The notes beneath the pieces were generated by a model, which searched no databases, was not told where the DNA came from, and worked only from the letters and a program-made list of their open reading frames with translations. The position numbers were made by a program, and so were the translations under genes. A stretch of 64,000 bases of DNA from Spirochaetia bacterium (GTDB taxonomy: Bacteria > Spirochaetota > Spirochaetia > SZUA-6 > Bin103): NCBI GenBank assembly GCA_965203905.1, contig CBDBDQ010000005.1, positions 7,424,001 to 7,488,000 of the forward strand, written 5' to 3'. This document shows, in pieces, positions 9,480-19,858 of the stretch (within the stretch, counting starts at the first letter, position 1; each line of letters opens with the position of its first letter).

Positions 9480-12400
9480 TCGGTCCATGCCTCGCTCACC
9501 TGGGGCACGCGGCGCAGGCGGTCGATCGCCTCGGCGCCACCGTCGACGCGCAGAACCGGGTGAGCCCTGATTACTACCTCCCTGCGGGTATCCATGTAGT
9601 GAATGTACAACCTCAGATCGCCGCGGGTGTCGATACAGCGGTTATACAGGTCGGCGAGCTGCTCGTCGGTTGCCGCGGCGTTCACGCGCAAGTGCAGCGA
9701 CCGCGCGACGCGATCCGCCGCCTGCTGCGGCTCGCTGAGCGACTCCACCAGCAGCTTGGGATCACCGCGGCTGCGATCCACGGTACCGGCGGCGGCCACC
9801 ACCGCGCCGCTCTCCAGCAACGCGCGACTGGCGCTGAACGGGTCGGAGAATATCACCATCTCGGCGGAGCCGGAAGTGTCCTCCAGGCTGGCGAACGCCA
9901 TCTGGCGACCGGTGCGGGTCTGGATCTCGCGGATTTCCCCCACTACGCCGATCGCGGTCACCGTGGTCTCGCCCTTGGCGCCCACGCGGGCATAGGCGGC
10001 CAGCTCGGCGAGCCGCACCGCCGCCTTGCGCTCCATCAACGCGCGGTACTCGTCCAGGGGATGCCCGGAGAAGAACATGCCCAGCGCTTCCTTTTCCAGC
10101 CGCAGCCGTTCGCGCTGCGGCAACTCCTCCTGCGGCTCGAGGGCGAAGCGGCGCGGCAGGTCCTGGGTGTCGTCGAACAGCGACTGCTGGCCGTAGCGGC
10201 GGCTCTCCTTCTCCGCCGCTACCTCCTCCAGCAGCCGCTCCACGTTGGCCAGCAGGGTGGCGCGGTTGTGACCCTCGTGCAGCCCGTCGAAGGCGCCCAC
10301 CTGGATCAAGGTCTCCACCACCTTGCGGTTGACCTGCCCGAGCTCCACCCGTTCCAGAAAGTCGACGAGATCGCGATAGGCGCCACCCTCGGCACGCCGG
10401 GCGACGATCTCGGCCACCGCGCCGGCGCCCACGTTCTTGATTCCCTGCAGGCCGTAGACGATGCGGCCCTCCACCACCGAAAAGTCGCCCACCGACAGGT
10501 TGACGCTGGGCGGCGCCACCTCCAGGCCCAGGTCGCGCGCCTCGGCGATGTATTCGGCCAGCTTGTCGGTGTCGGCCATCTCGTTGGTCAGGTTGGCGGC
10601 CATGAACTCGGCCGGATAGTGCGCCTTGAGGTAGGCCGTCTGGAAGGAGAGCACCGAGTAGGCGGCGGCGTGCGGCTTGGGAAAGCCGTACTCCGCGAAC
10701 GGTGCCAGCATCTCGAACAGGCTGGCGGCCGTGTTCCTGGGGTGGCCCCTCTCCCGCGCCCCGGCGATGAACCGCTCCCGCTGCTCCTCCATCTCCTTGG
10801 GCTTCTTCTTGCCCATGGCGCGACGCAGGATGTCGGCCTGACCCAGCGAGTAACCGGCGACCACCTGGGCGATCTTCATCACCTGCTCCTGGTAGATGAT
10901 GACGCCGTAGGTCTCCTCCAGGATCGGCTCCAGCTCGGGCAGCGGGTAGCTGACCCGCGTCCGTCCGGCCTTGGCCTCGATGAACTGGTCCATGAACTGC
11001 ATCGGTCCGGGTCGGTACAGCGAAGTGAGCGCCATCAGGTCCTGGATCCGCTGTGGCCGCGCGCGGGTCAGCAGACTGCGCATGCCGGGACTCTCGAACT
11101 GGAACACGCAGGTGGCCTTGCCGGCGCCGAGCATCTCGTAGGTGGCCGCGTCGTCCTCCGCAATGGCTGCCAGGTCGAACGGCTCGCTGATTCCCTGCGC
11201 CGCCTGCCGGGCGCGGATCAGGCGCGCGGTGTTCTCGATCAGGGTGAGGGTCTTGAGGCCGAGGAAGTCCATCTTGACCAGGCCGCAGCCCTGCAGCACG
11301 TCCTCGCTCGTGTACTGGGTCGAGATCGCGCCGGTCCGCGTGTCACGGTACAGCGGCACGTAGTTGGTCAGCGCCTCACGCCCGATCACGATGCCGGCGG
11401 CGTGGGTGGAGGCATGGCGCGACAAGCCCTCCAGCTTCAGGCTGGTGTCGATCAGGTCGGCGTAGTTGCCGCCGCGCTGGCGCACCTCGCGCAGACCGCC
11501 CTCCTGCTTGAGGGCCACCTGCAGGCTGCTCTTCGGACCGGCCGGAACCAGCTTGGCGATGGCGTCCGCCTCCCCGTAGGGAATCTCCAGCACCCGTGCC
11601 ACGTCGCGGATCACCGCGCGCGCCTTCAAGGTCCCGAAGGTGATGATCTGGGCCACGCGCTCGGCACCGTACTTCCGCGCCACGTACGCGATCACCTCGC
11701 CGCGGCGCTCGTAGCAGAAGTCGATGTCGAAATCCGGCATCGACACCCGCTCCGGATTGAGGAAGCGCTCGAACACCAGCCCGTACCTGAACGGTTCGAT
11801 GTCGGTGATGCGCAGCGCGTAGGCCACCAGTGAAGCGGCCCCGGAGCCGCGCCCCGGGCCCACCGGCAGGTTGCGGTCGCGGGCGAACGAGATGAAGTCC
11901 CACACGATGAGGAAGTACCCGGCGTAGCCCATCTTCTCGATCACGCCCAGCTCGTAGTCGAGGCGCGCACGCAGCTCCGGGGTCACGGTGGCGTAGCGCC
12001 GCGCCAGCCCCTCGGCGGCGACCTGGCGCAGGTAGGTTTCCTGGGTATGCCCGGCGGGTACCTCGTAGTCCGGCAGCAGGGGGCCGGGCTGCGGGATCTC
12101 CAGCTGGCAGCGCTCGGCCACCTCGCGCGTGTTGCGCAACGCCTCGGGAACGCCGTCGAACAGGCGCTGCATCTCGACCTCGTCCTTGAAGTAGAACTCC
12201 TGGCTGTCGAAGCGCAGCCGGTCCGTGTCACTGAGCCGCTTGCCGGTACCGACGCAGATCAGCACGTCCTGGGCGTGGGCGTCGTCGCGTTCCGCGTAGT
12301 GCACGTCATTGGTCGCCACCAGCGGGATGCCGGTGCGCCGCCCGATCTCGATCAGCGTGCGGTTGAGCGTCTCCTGTTCCTGCAGCCCGTGGTCCTGCAG

Positions 12401-12940
12401 CTCCAGGTAGAAATGGCCGGCGCCGAACAGGTCGCGGTAACTCACGGCGAGGTCGGTGGCCTCGGCGACGCGCTGCTCCCTGATCAGCGCGGGAATCTTC
12501 GCCGACAGGCACCCCGAGAACCCGATCAGGCCCTCGGCGTAGGTCGCGAGCACTTCCTCGTCAATGCGCGGCCGGTAGTAGAACCCCTCCGTGTAGCCAA
12601 CGGAGGAGAGCTGCATCAGGTTGCGGTAGCCGGTCTCGTTGCGCGCCAGCAGGCCCATGTGGTAGTTGCGCTGCGCGGATCCGCCGCGAACGCCATTGCC
12701 CTGGCCCCGCTCGTGGCGCGAGCCGTGGCTGACGTAGCACTCCGAGCCGACCAGCGGCGTCACGCCGCGGGCCCGGCACGCCTCGTAGAACGTGACCGCC
12801 CCGAACATGGACCCGTGGTCGGTCAGCGCCAGGTGGCTCATGCCGCACGCCACCGCCTTGTTCACCAGGGTGTCGATGGAAGCGGCGCCGTCGAGCAGCG
12901 AGTAGTCGGAGTGTACGTGCAGGTGGACGAAGCCGGACAT
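9476..12940 (-). CDS. dnaE: DNA polymerase III alpha subunit
   Basis: FVHLHVHSDYSLLDGA (PHP domain), GPGRGSGA, SMPDFDIDF, KMDFLGL, clamp motif QQSLF. Confidence 0.98.
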   Translation of the reverse strand: MSGFVHLHVHSDYSLLDGAASIDTLVNKAVACGMSHLALTDHGSMFGAVTFYEACRARGVTPLVGSECYVSHGSRHERGQGNGVRGGSAQRNYHMGLLARNETGYRNLMQLSSVGYTEGFYYRPRIDEEVLATYAEGLIGFSGCLSAKIPALIREQRVAEATDLAVSYRDLFGAGHFYLELQDHGLQEQETLNRTLIEIGRRTGIPLVATNDVHYAERDDAHAQDVLICVGTGKRLSDTDRLRFDSQEFYFKDEVEMQRLFDGVPEALRNTREVAERCQLEIPQPGPLLPDYEVPAGHTQETYLRQVAAEGLARRYATVTPELRARLDYELGVIEKMGYAGYFLIVWDFISFARDRNLPVGPGRGSGAASLVAYALRITDIEPFRYGLVFERFLNPERVSMPDFDIDFCYERRGEVIAYVARKYGAERVAQIITFGTLKARAVIRDVARVLEIPYGEADAIAKLVPAGPKSSLQVALKQEGGLREVRQRGGNYADLIDTSLKLEGLSRHASTHAAGIVIGREALTNYVPLYRDTRTGAISTQYTSEDVLQGCGLVKMDFLGLKTLTLIENTARLIRARQAAQGISEPFDLAAIAEDDAATYEMLGAGKATCVFQFESPGMRSLLTRARPQRIQDLMALTSLYRPGPMQFMDQFIEAKAGRTRVSYPLPELEPILEETYGVIIYQEQVMKIAQVVAGYSLGQADILRRAMGKKKPKEMEEQRERFIAGARERGHPRNTAASLFEMLAPFAEYGFPKPHAAAYSVLSFQTAYLKAHYPAEFMAANLTNEMADTDKLAEYIAEARDLGLEVAPPSVNLSVGDFSVVEGRIVYGLQGIKNVGAGAVAEIVARRAEGGAYRDLVDFLERVELGQVNRKVVETLIQVGAFDGLHEGHNRATLLANVERLLEEVAAEKESRRYGQQSLFDDTQDLPRRFALEPQEELPQRERLRLEKEALGMFFSGHPLDEYRALMERKAAVRLAELAAYARVGAKGETTVTAIGVVGEIREIQTRTGRQMAFASLEDTSGSAEMVIFSDPFSASRALLESGAVVAAAGTVDRSRGDPKLLVESLSEPQQAADRVARSLHLRVNAAATDEQLADLYNRCIDTRGDLRLYIHYMDTRREVVIRAHPVLRVDGGAEAIDRLRRVPQVSEAWTE

Positions 12941-13016
12941 GGCCGTCGCCCGCACCTTAGTCCGGCAGTTTCCCCCGCGTCCAGTGACCCGAGGATGGAT
13001 TAGGATGGATGGGGCG

Positions 13017-14312
13017 CTACTCGCCGTCGCGGCGGTGGTGCGAACGCCCGGGGAGCTGCGCCCGGATGGCAGCCAGCTTGGCCGCCTCCACCGGGTCGGC
13101 GCGCACCCGCACCAGGTACTCCAGGAAGAACGCCAGCAGAATGGACAGCAGGAACACGATCAGGGTCCCCACGACGCAGATCAACGCCCGGCTCGGCCAG
13201 TGCTTTACTTCCGGTACTTCCACCGCCTCCAGCACCTGGAAGGTGCGGGAGGGATCGGTCTCCTCGATGCGCGCCAGCTCGTACTGCTCGCGCAGCAAGG
13301 CGTAGATCTGCTCCTGGATCTCGAGGTCGCGGCGCAGGTTGAGGTAGTCGGCGGCCACGCCCGGCAACTCGTCCTGCGGTATGGTCTGCGCCGAGAACGA
13401 ACGGAATCCGGTCTGCAGCTCGTCGAGCACCTGGCGCACGATGTCGATCTGGCTCTGGAGTTGCACCACCGACGGGTCGCTGGCGGGAAGCAGTTCGCGC
13501 AGGGACTGCATCTCCACCTCCTTGGACAGCAGCTCCCGCTTGTAGTCGGCGAGGAGTTGAGCCAACTCCAGGGACTGCTCCTGGATGTCGATGATCCCGT
13601 ACGCCCGGTGGAACGCCACCAGCCGGTCCTGTGCCGCCTGGCGGTCGGCGCCAACCACCGCCAACCGCTCCTCCAGGTGCTGCTTTTTCAGCACCACGGT
13701 TTCCATGGTCAGCGCATGGAACCGCTGCTCCAGGTGTTCGAGGATGCGCTCCAGCACGCGGGCCGCGAACTCGGCATCGGTCTCCTCGTAGGAGATCGCC
13801 AGCACCGCGGAATCCAGGTCGAACTCGTACGTCAGCGACCGCTCGGCCATGGCGCGGGCGCGGGTACGCGGGTTGTCGGTGAAGCCGTAGCGCGCCACGA
13901 AGTCGAACTCCTCGATGATCCGGTCGTGAATGGTTCGCCCGGCAAGCAACTCCTGGGCCAGGGCGGCGCTGCTCCCTCCCGCGCCGACCCCGCCCAGCAG
14001 CTCGCCCAGGGAGCCCGCCCGCTCCAGCGCGAGGTTCAGGGCCGACAGCCGCGACGACTCGCGCTCCAGGAGCAGCACCTTCGCCTGCGGCCGGTAGACA
14101 TCGGGAAGCAGATTCCAGGGGCTGGAAGGGGGCAGGTAGATCGTCAGCAGCACGTAGGCGAAGATCAACAGCGCGCCGCCGGTGGTACTGCCGACGATCA
14201 GTCGCCCGCGCCTGACCAGCACGCCGACCAGATCGAGCAGCGAGACGGTGTCGTCATGCTCCGCCGCGGGCGACGGCGCGTCAGGCACGGAAGGCATGGC
14301 GGATGGCGGCAC
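13017..14312 (-). CDS. Wzz/GumC-like polysaccharide chain-length (co-polymerase) protein
   Basis: DTVSLLDLVGVL followed by an N-terminal TM, a coiled-coil periplasmic region, QVLEAVEVPEVKHWPSRALI and a C-terminal TM. Start may be about 14298. Confidence 0.85.
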   Translation of the reverse strand: MPPSAMPSVPDAPSPAAEHDDTVSLLDLVGVLVRRGRLIVGSTTGGALLIFAYVLLTIYLPPSSPWNLLPDVYRPQAKVLLLERESSRLSALNLALERAGSLGELLGGVGAGGSSAALAQELLAGRTIHDRIIEEFDFVARYGFTDNPRTRARAMAERSLTYEFDLDSAVLAISYEETDAEFAARVLERILEHLEQRFHALTMETVVLKKQHLEERLAVVGADRQAAQDRLVAFHRAYGIIDIQEQSLELAQLLADYKRELLSKEVEMQSLRELLPASDPSVVQLQSQIDIVRQVLDELQTGFRSFSAQTIPQDELPGVAADYLNLRRDLEIQEQIYALLREQYELARIEETDPSRTFQVLEAVEVPEVKHWPSRALICVVGTLIVFLLSILLAFFLEYLVRVRADPVEAAKLAAIRAQLPGRSHHRRDGE

Positions 14313-14401
14313 GCTAACACTGTTTCGCCGCGCCGGGCAACTGAACGGGAGTCACCCGATTCACCCAAGCCAACGGTTTGACGCTACACTGCGGCCGCGC
14401 C

Positions 14402-16453
14402 ATGAGTACTGCCCGCAAGGCCCGGTATGCCGAGCTGGTCGCGCTGCTTCACCGCTACGACCACGACTACCATGTCCTGGCGCAGCCCGCGGTGAGTGAT
14501 CGGGATTACGACCGCCTGTTTGACGAGCTGCTACGTCTGGAGCGGGAACAGCCGGAGTTGCGGCAGCCCGACTCGCCCAGCGCCAGGGTGGGCTCCGACC
14601 TGAGCCTGGAGCTGCCCGAGGTCGCCCACACGGTGCCGGTTCTCAGCCTGGACAAGGCCTACACCGCCGCCGAGGTGCGCGCGTGGATGGAGAAGACCAG
14701 CGCTGCCGCCGGCCTGCCGCTGAGCTTCACGGTAGAGGAGAAGATCGACGGCTCCGCCATCGTCCTCTACTACGAGGAAGGCCGGCTGGTGCGCGCGGTT
14801 ACCCGCGGCAACGGCGTCGTGGGCAACGACGTCACGGCGAACGTACGCACCATCCGCACGGTACCGCTGCGCCTGCCGGAACCGCTCGAGGTCGCCGTGC
14901 GCGGGGAAATCTTCCTGCCTCTAAAAAAGTTTGCGCGGCTCAACGCGGACTCCGAGGTGACCTACGCCAACCCGCGCAACTTCGCCGCCGGCGCGGTACG
15001 GCGCGTGAAGAGCCGCGACGTGGCGGCCATTCCGCTCCGTCTGATAGCCTACGAGGGCACGTTCTCCACCGACCCGCCCGCCGATCACGCCACCGCGATG
15101 GATCGGCTGCAGGCGCTGGGCTTTCCCGTCAACCGCAGCAACCGGCTGCTGGTGCCGGCGGAGCTGCAGGAGGCGGAGCGGGGCCGCCATCCCGCCTGGA
15201 CAATGGCTTCCCTGGAGGAGCTGCCGGCGGTGTTGCGGGAGGCGGGCGAGCGGCGCGCCTCGCTGGACTACGAGATCGACGGCGTCGTGATCAAGGTCAA
15301 CGCGCTGGACGCGCGCACCGCCCTCGGGGTCACCGGACACCATCCGCGCTGGGCGCAGGCGTTCAAGTTCGACGCCCCGCAGGGGGAAACCACCGTGCAG
15401 GCGATCGGCGTGCAGGTGGGGCGCACCGGGCGTATCACCCCGGTGGCGCGGGTGGCGCCGGTGATGATCGCGGGCACGACCGTCGCCAACGTGACGCTGC
15501 ACAACCAGGACTACGTCGACACCCTGGAGCTCGCCCTCGGCGACCGGGTCACGGTGTCGAAGCGGGGCGACGTGATACCGGCGGTGGAGCGGGTGCTGGA
15601 CAAGAACGAGCAGGGCAACACCACCTGGCGGCTGCCCGACCGGTGCCCCACGTGCGACACGCCGCTGGAGCTGATCGGAGCGCATCACTTCTGTCCCAAC
15701 CAGCGCTGCCGGGACCAGGTGCGGGGCCGTATCCGCTTCTTCGCGGCGCGCGGGCAGATGGACATCGACCACCTCGGAACCGAGACCCTGGACCGGCTGA
15801 TCGACGCCGGCGTGCTCAAGGACGTGGACGACATCTTCAGCTTCGACGTGGAGCGCCTGCAGGAATGGGAGGGGTTCGGCGAGCGCAAGGTGGCGCTGCT
15901 CAAGGAGGGCATCGAACGCAGCCGGGGACGGCCCTTCCACACCGTGCTGCCTGCGCTGGGCATGCCGGAGATAGGGCCCAAGGTAACGGAGTTGCTGATC
16001 GAGGCCGGCTACTACGACATCGACCGCCTCCTGGAGGTGGCCAGGGCGGGCGACGCCGAGCGGCTGACCGCCATCGACGGAATCGGCGAAAAGACCGCAG
16101 CCGTCATCATCGCGCAGCTCACCGATGGCGCCAACCGGCGCCGCATCGGTGAGCTGCGCCTGGCCGGCCTGCGCTTCGCCGCCGACCCGCCGGCACCGCG
16201 GCCGGCGGGGGAGGACGCGGGACCGTTCAGCGGGCAGACCTGGTGCGTTACCGGCAGCTTCGCCCGGTTTCGCCCGCGCGATCTGGCGGCGCAGGCGATC
16301 AAGGAGCGGGGGGGACGGGTGACCGCGGGCGTCACCTCCCGCACCAGCCACCTGCTGGCCGGTCGCGCCGCCGGCGGCAAGCTGGCCAAGGCCGAGCGCC
16401 TCGGCGTCACGGTGGTATCCGAGGAGGAGTTCCTGCGCCTGCTGGAGGCCTAA
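14402..16453 (+). CDS. ligA: NAD-dependent DNA ligase
   Basis: EEKIDG, TRGNG..GNDVT, NPRN, QVGRTG, TLHN, GDVIP, C4 zinc finger, BRCT (CVTG...GGKLAKA). Confidence 0.98.
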   Translation: MSTARKARYAELVALLHRYDHDYHVLAQPAVSDRDYDRLFDELLRLEREQPELRQPDSPSARVGSDLSLELPEVAHTVPVLSLDKAYTAAEVRAWMEKTSAAAGLPLSFTVEEKIDGSAIVLYYEEGRLVRAVTRGNGVVGNDVTANVRTIRTVPLRLPEPLEVAVRGEIFLPLKKFARLNADSEVTYANPRNFAAGAVRRVKSRDVAAIPLRLIAYEGTFSTDPPADHATAMDRLQALGFPVNRSNRLLVPAELQEAERGRHPAWTMASLEELPAVLREAGERRASLDYEIDGVVIKVNALDARTALGVTGHHPRWAQAFKFDAPQGETTVQAIGVQVGRTGRITPVARVAPVMIAGTTVANVTLHNQDYVDTLELALGDRVTVSKRGDVIPAVERVLDKNEQGNTTWRLPDRCPTCDTPLELIGAHHFCPNQRCRDQVRGRIRFFAARGQMDIDHLGTETLDRLIDAGVLKDVDDIFSFDVERLQEWEGFGERKVALLKEGIERSRGRPFHTVLPALGMPEIGPKVTELLIEAGYYDIDRLLEVARAGDAERLTAIDGIGEKTAAVIIAQLTDGANRRRIGELRLAGLRFAADPPAPRPAGEDAGPFSGQTWCVTGSFARFRPRDLAAQAIKERGGRVTAGVTSRTSHLLAGRAAGGKLAKAERLGVTVVSEEEFLRLLEA

Positions 16454-16459
16454 CCCCGG

Positions 16460-17656
16460 CTAACTGCCCCCCGCGACGAGCTGGATCAGACCGCGGCGGC
16501 CGTTGATCAGCCACTCCGGGTCCCGTTGCGCCAGCTCCGCGGCCCGGTCCGGCGCGAGGCCGGTCTGGATCTCGCTCTTGAGCGTGCGCAGGATCAGTGC
16601 CGGCGCCGGCAGGTAGTCGACGATGGCGGCGGTATCCGCATGGTGCGGCCAGCGGCGGTCGGAGAGCAGGCGGCGGTAGTTCACGTCGCCCTTGAACAGC
16701 ACCAGGTCGGCCTGCGCCAGCGCGCCGGCGAGGTCGCGGGTCAGGTCGGGATAGTGGCGCGGTCCGTTCCAGAACCAGTGCGGCTGCACGCGCAGCCGCC
16801 CCTCCGCCAGGGCCCGGTCGAGGCGCCGCCCGATCGCCGCCGCCGGTGCGGGCTGCTCACGCAACAGCCCGAGCGTCGCGTGGACGTCGGCCGCGGTGGC
16901 GTCGGAGACGAAGAACGGCGCGTCCTTGACATGCAGCCGGACCTGGCGCGCAGCTCCGGCGAGCAGGTGGTCGACGAGCACCAGATCGCACGTCAGCTCG
17001 GCGCCGGCGTTGTCGGTGACGACATCCAGCCGGCGCGCTTCCCCCAGGCGCCGCTCGGCCGCGGCGGCGTGGTCGATGACCAGCTCGCCAGCTCCCGCCG
17101 CGGCGATCACCGTGCCCGCGCCGCCGCGGTCGATCTCGTAGTTGGACAGGTCCACCCGATTGCCCCACAGCGCGGAGCGCAGCAGCACCGGCAGCGGTGC
17201 GGCGGCGAGCGCGGCGGCCAGCGGCGGAGCACTGCGGTCCAGCTCGGCGGCCTTCAAGGCGGCGAACGGATCGCGCGCGTAGCCGGGAGCGGCCGGTTCG
17301 TAGTACCCGGTGGCGGTAAGCACCCGCAGGTAGAAACAGGCCTCCGCCTCATACCAGGGCAGGTCGAGCCACCCTGACCCCAGCAACGGCCGCAGCGCCT
17401 GCTGCCACGCCTGCCGCTCCCCGGGTATCAGCCGCGGCCCGCGGCCGCCGGCCCACGGATCGGTCAGCCGCCCGCTGCGAATCTCCTCTGCCAGGCGCCG
17501 CAACTCGGGTTCGCAGCCGGGCGCAAGCTCGCCGCTCGCGATCAGGTCGCCGATAATGGAATGCTTGCGCTGCACGATGGTGCGGCGCGCGAAGGAACCG
17601 GGGGTTCCGGTCCACAGCGGCGGCGGGACGGTCGGGGTGGTCGCGTCCGGTTTCAT
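16460..17656 (-). CDS. DUF89/ARMT1-like damage-control sugar-phosphate phosphatase
   Basis: LWGNRVDLS, DNAGAEL, K..PFFVSD, FKGDVNYRRLL, LRTLKSE motifs. Confidence 0.88.
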   Translation of the reverse strand: MKPDATTPTVPPPLWTGTPGSFARRTIVQRKHSIIGDLIASGELAPGCEPELRRLAEEIRSGRLTDPWAGGRGPRLIPGERQAWQQALRPLLGSGWLDLPWYEAEACFYLRVLTATGYYEPAAPGYARDPFAALKAAELDRSAPPLAAALAAAPLPVLLRSALWGNRVDLSNYEIDRGGAGTVIAAAGAGELVIDHAAAAERRLGEARRLDVVTDNAGAELTCDLVLVDHLLAGAARQVRLHVKDAPFFVSDATAADVHATLGLLREQPAPAAAIGRRLDRALAEGRLRVQPHWFWNGPRHYPDLTRDLAGALAQADLVLFKGDVNYRRLLSDRRWPHHADTAAIVDYLPAPALILRTLKSEIQTGLAPDRAAELAQRDPEWLINGRRGLIQLVAGGS

Positions 17657-17688
17657 CGCCGCGGGCAATCCGATAGGGTTACGCGGCC

Positions 17689-19086
17689 ATGACGACCTGG
17701 GAGGCGCCGGTGCTGGCGATCGATGTCGGCACCTCGGTAGTCAAGTGCGGCCTGGTGGCGGCGGACGGCTCGACCGCCGTAGCCGCGCAGCCCATCGCCG
17801 CGTCCGTTACGGCGGGCGGCGCTCACGAGGTGGATGCCGAGGAGTGGGTACGCGCCATCGCCCGCAGCGTGGCGACCCTGGGTGCTCCGAGTGCGCTGGC
17901 AGCGGTGGTGGTGACCGGCAACGGACCGACCGTCGTGGCGGCGGGAGCGGACGCGCGCCCGCTGCACCCGGCCATCACCTGGCTGGACCGGCGCAGCGGG
18001 CACGAGGCGCGGCTGATCGCGGAACGCACGGGCCGCCCGCAGGAGGCCGGCTTCTTCCTGTCCAAGATCTTCTGGGTATACCGTCACGCACCGCTACTGT
18101 ACCGGCAGACCCACGGCTTCGTCTCCGGCCCGGAATACGTGGAGCTGCGCCTTACCGGCCACTGGCACACCAACCTGCCGGCCCCGGAGTTCCGGCGCTT
18201 CTACTGGGACACCCGGCTGGTGGAGGAGCTGGGCATGGATCCCGCGAAGCTGCCGCCGTTCGTCGCCACCGGGACTCCGGTGGGCAGCACCGCGCGATCC
18301 GCAGGCGCCGAGTTCGGGATCCCGCAGGGGGTGCCGGTATACGCCGGGGCCCCCGATTTCGTCATGGCGCTGTTGGGCACCGGAACCGTGGCCGCGGGCG
18401 AGACCTGCAACCGCTCCGGCAGCTCGGACGGCGTCAACCACTGCACCGGGCAGGCGGTCCGCGACCCGCGCCTGCTGTGTCTGCCGCATGTCGTCGAGGG
18501 TCTGTTCAACGTGGGCGGCGTGATCTCCACCACCGGCAAGGCGCTGGAGTGGTTCGCGCAGCTGGTGCACGACGACGGGGAGCTGTTCCGGCGCGCGGCG
18601 CAGACGCCGGCGGGCGCCGGCGGGCTGCTGTTCCTGCCGTATCTCGCGGGCGAACGTACCCCGCTGTGGCGCGACGACGTCCGCGCGGTGTTCAGCGGCC
18701 TGGGCCTGGAGCACGGGCGCCTGGAACTGGCGCGGGCGGTGCTGGAAGGGGTGGGCTACGCGCTGCGCGACAGCGTCAGCCTGATCGAGGCACACGGCGG
18801 CCGGGTGGATGCCATCCGTCTCGCCGGTGCCCGCGGCGGCGCCCGCTGGCTCAATCAGGTCAAGGCGGACATCCTGGGACGGCGGCTGCTGGTTCCCGCG
18901 GTGTTGGACGCCGAGCTCATCGGCTGCGCCTGCGTCGCCTCCCAGGCTCTGGGAGTGGATCCCAGTCTTGCTGCCGCGGCCAGGCGCCTGGTGCGGGTGG
19001 TGGATACCGTCGTCCCGCGGACCGAGCACGCGGCACGTTACGAGGAGGGGTTCGCCCGCTACCGGCGGGAGCAGGCGCGGCTGTGA
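17689..19086 (+). CDS. FGGY-family carbohydrate kinase (xylulokinase-like)
   Basis: LAIDVGTSVVK, ITWLDRR, FLPYLAGERTP, RAVLEGV. Confidence 0.9.
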   Translation: MTTWEAPVLAIDVGTSVVKCGLVAADGSTAVAAQPIAASVTAGGAHEVDAEEWVRAIARSVATLGAPSALAAVVVTGNGPTVVAAGADARPLHPAITWLDRRSGHEARLIAERTGRPQEAGFFLSKIFWVYRHAPLLYRQTHGFVSGPEYVELRLTGHWHTNLPAPEFRRFYWDTRLVEELGMDPAKLPPFVATGTPVGSTARSAGAEFGIPQGVPVYAGAPDFVMALLGTGTVAAGETCNRSGSSDGVNHCTGQAVRDPRLLCLPHVVEGLFNVGGVISTTGKALEWFAQLVHDDGELFRRAAQTPAGAGGLLFLPYLAGERTPLWRDDVRAVFSGLGLEHGRLELARAVLEGVGYALRDSVSLIEAHGGRVDAIRLAGARGGARWLNQVKADILGRRLLVPAVLDAELIGCACVASQALGVDPSLAAAARRLVRVVDTVVPRTEHAARYEEGFARYRREQARL

Positions 19087-19180
19087 CGGGCCGCCGCCGG
19101 CGGCCGCAGGACGCGGCAGGCAGTTGCAGCCCGCTGTAGAACGGCGGCCGGCCGCGGCCGGGCGCAGCCGCCGGGCGCAG

Positions 19181-19774
19181 CTACCTGGTGCCGGGACCGA
19201 ACATGCTGCTCAATTCCTGCTTGACCTGCTGCAGCACGTTGCCGTAGCGGTCCTCCAGCAGCGCCATCTGCTGTCGCAGGAGCTGAACGTACTCCGGGTC
19301 GGTGGCGGGATCGATCCGTACCCGACTGCCGGTGCGGCGCGCCAGCTCCTCCTCCTTCTGCTGCAGGCGCGGGCCGTACTGGCGGTCGACGTTCTGCTTG
19401 AGCTGCTGGCGTTCCTGGAAGTACTCGGTAAAGAACTGCTCGAGCTGCTGGCTCATGATGCGCAGCCGGCGCTGGTCGCGGAGAATGGCGGAGAATCCCT
19501 CCATGGCGCGCCGATTGCGCTTGAGCCCGTACTCGTCGCTGGGCAGCGCCAGGTTGGAGCTGAGGGCTTCGAACACCCCTTCACTCACCCAGTTGCGCTC
19601 CTTGCCGGAGTGCTCCCGCACCTTGCGGGCCAGAGAGAATTCAGGATCGTTCAGGAACTGCGGTACCAGCTTCTTGCCGGCGGTGATGAAGCCGCTTGCC
19701 AGCAGGTTCTCGGGATCGGCCTGCACGTCCTTGGTGCGTTCCAGGGCGATCTCCAGGGACGACTTGATGCTCAT
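19181..19774 (-). CDS. Conserved helical hypothetical protein (DUF6657-like N-terminus IKSxLEIALE)
   Basis: Coding-like composition, AGGAG SD, coiled-coil character; the family assignment is from memory. Confidence 0.75.
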   Translation of the reverse strand: MSIKSSLEIALERTKDVQADPENLLASGFITAGKKLVPQFLNDPEFSLARKVREHSGKERNWVSEGVFEALSSNLALPSDEYGLKRNRRAMEGFSAILRDQRRLRIMSQQLEQFFTEYFQERQQLKQNVDRQYGPRLQQKEEELARRTGSRVRIDPATDPEYVQLLRQQMALLEDRYGNVLQQVKQELSSMFGPGTR

Positions 19775-19858
19775 GGGAACTCCTCACTCCGTCACGGCGG
19801 CGTCGATCCGGCAACCGCGGTTGCCCGGCCTGCCGCCGCCTGCTTCTCCACCCTGCCG

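Noticed and set aside
19087-19185. GC-rich repeats (CCGGGCGCAGC twice) in a convergent spacer
   Set aside because: Low complexity; no spacer structure or transposon ends, so not a CRISPR or mobile element.
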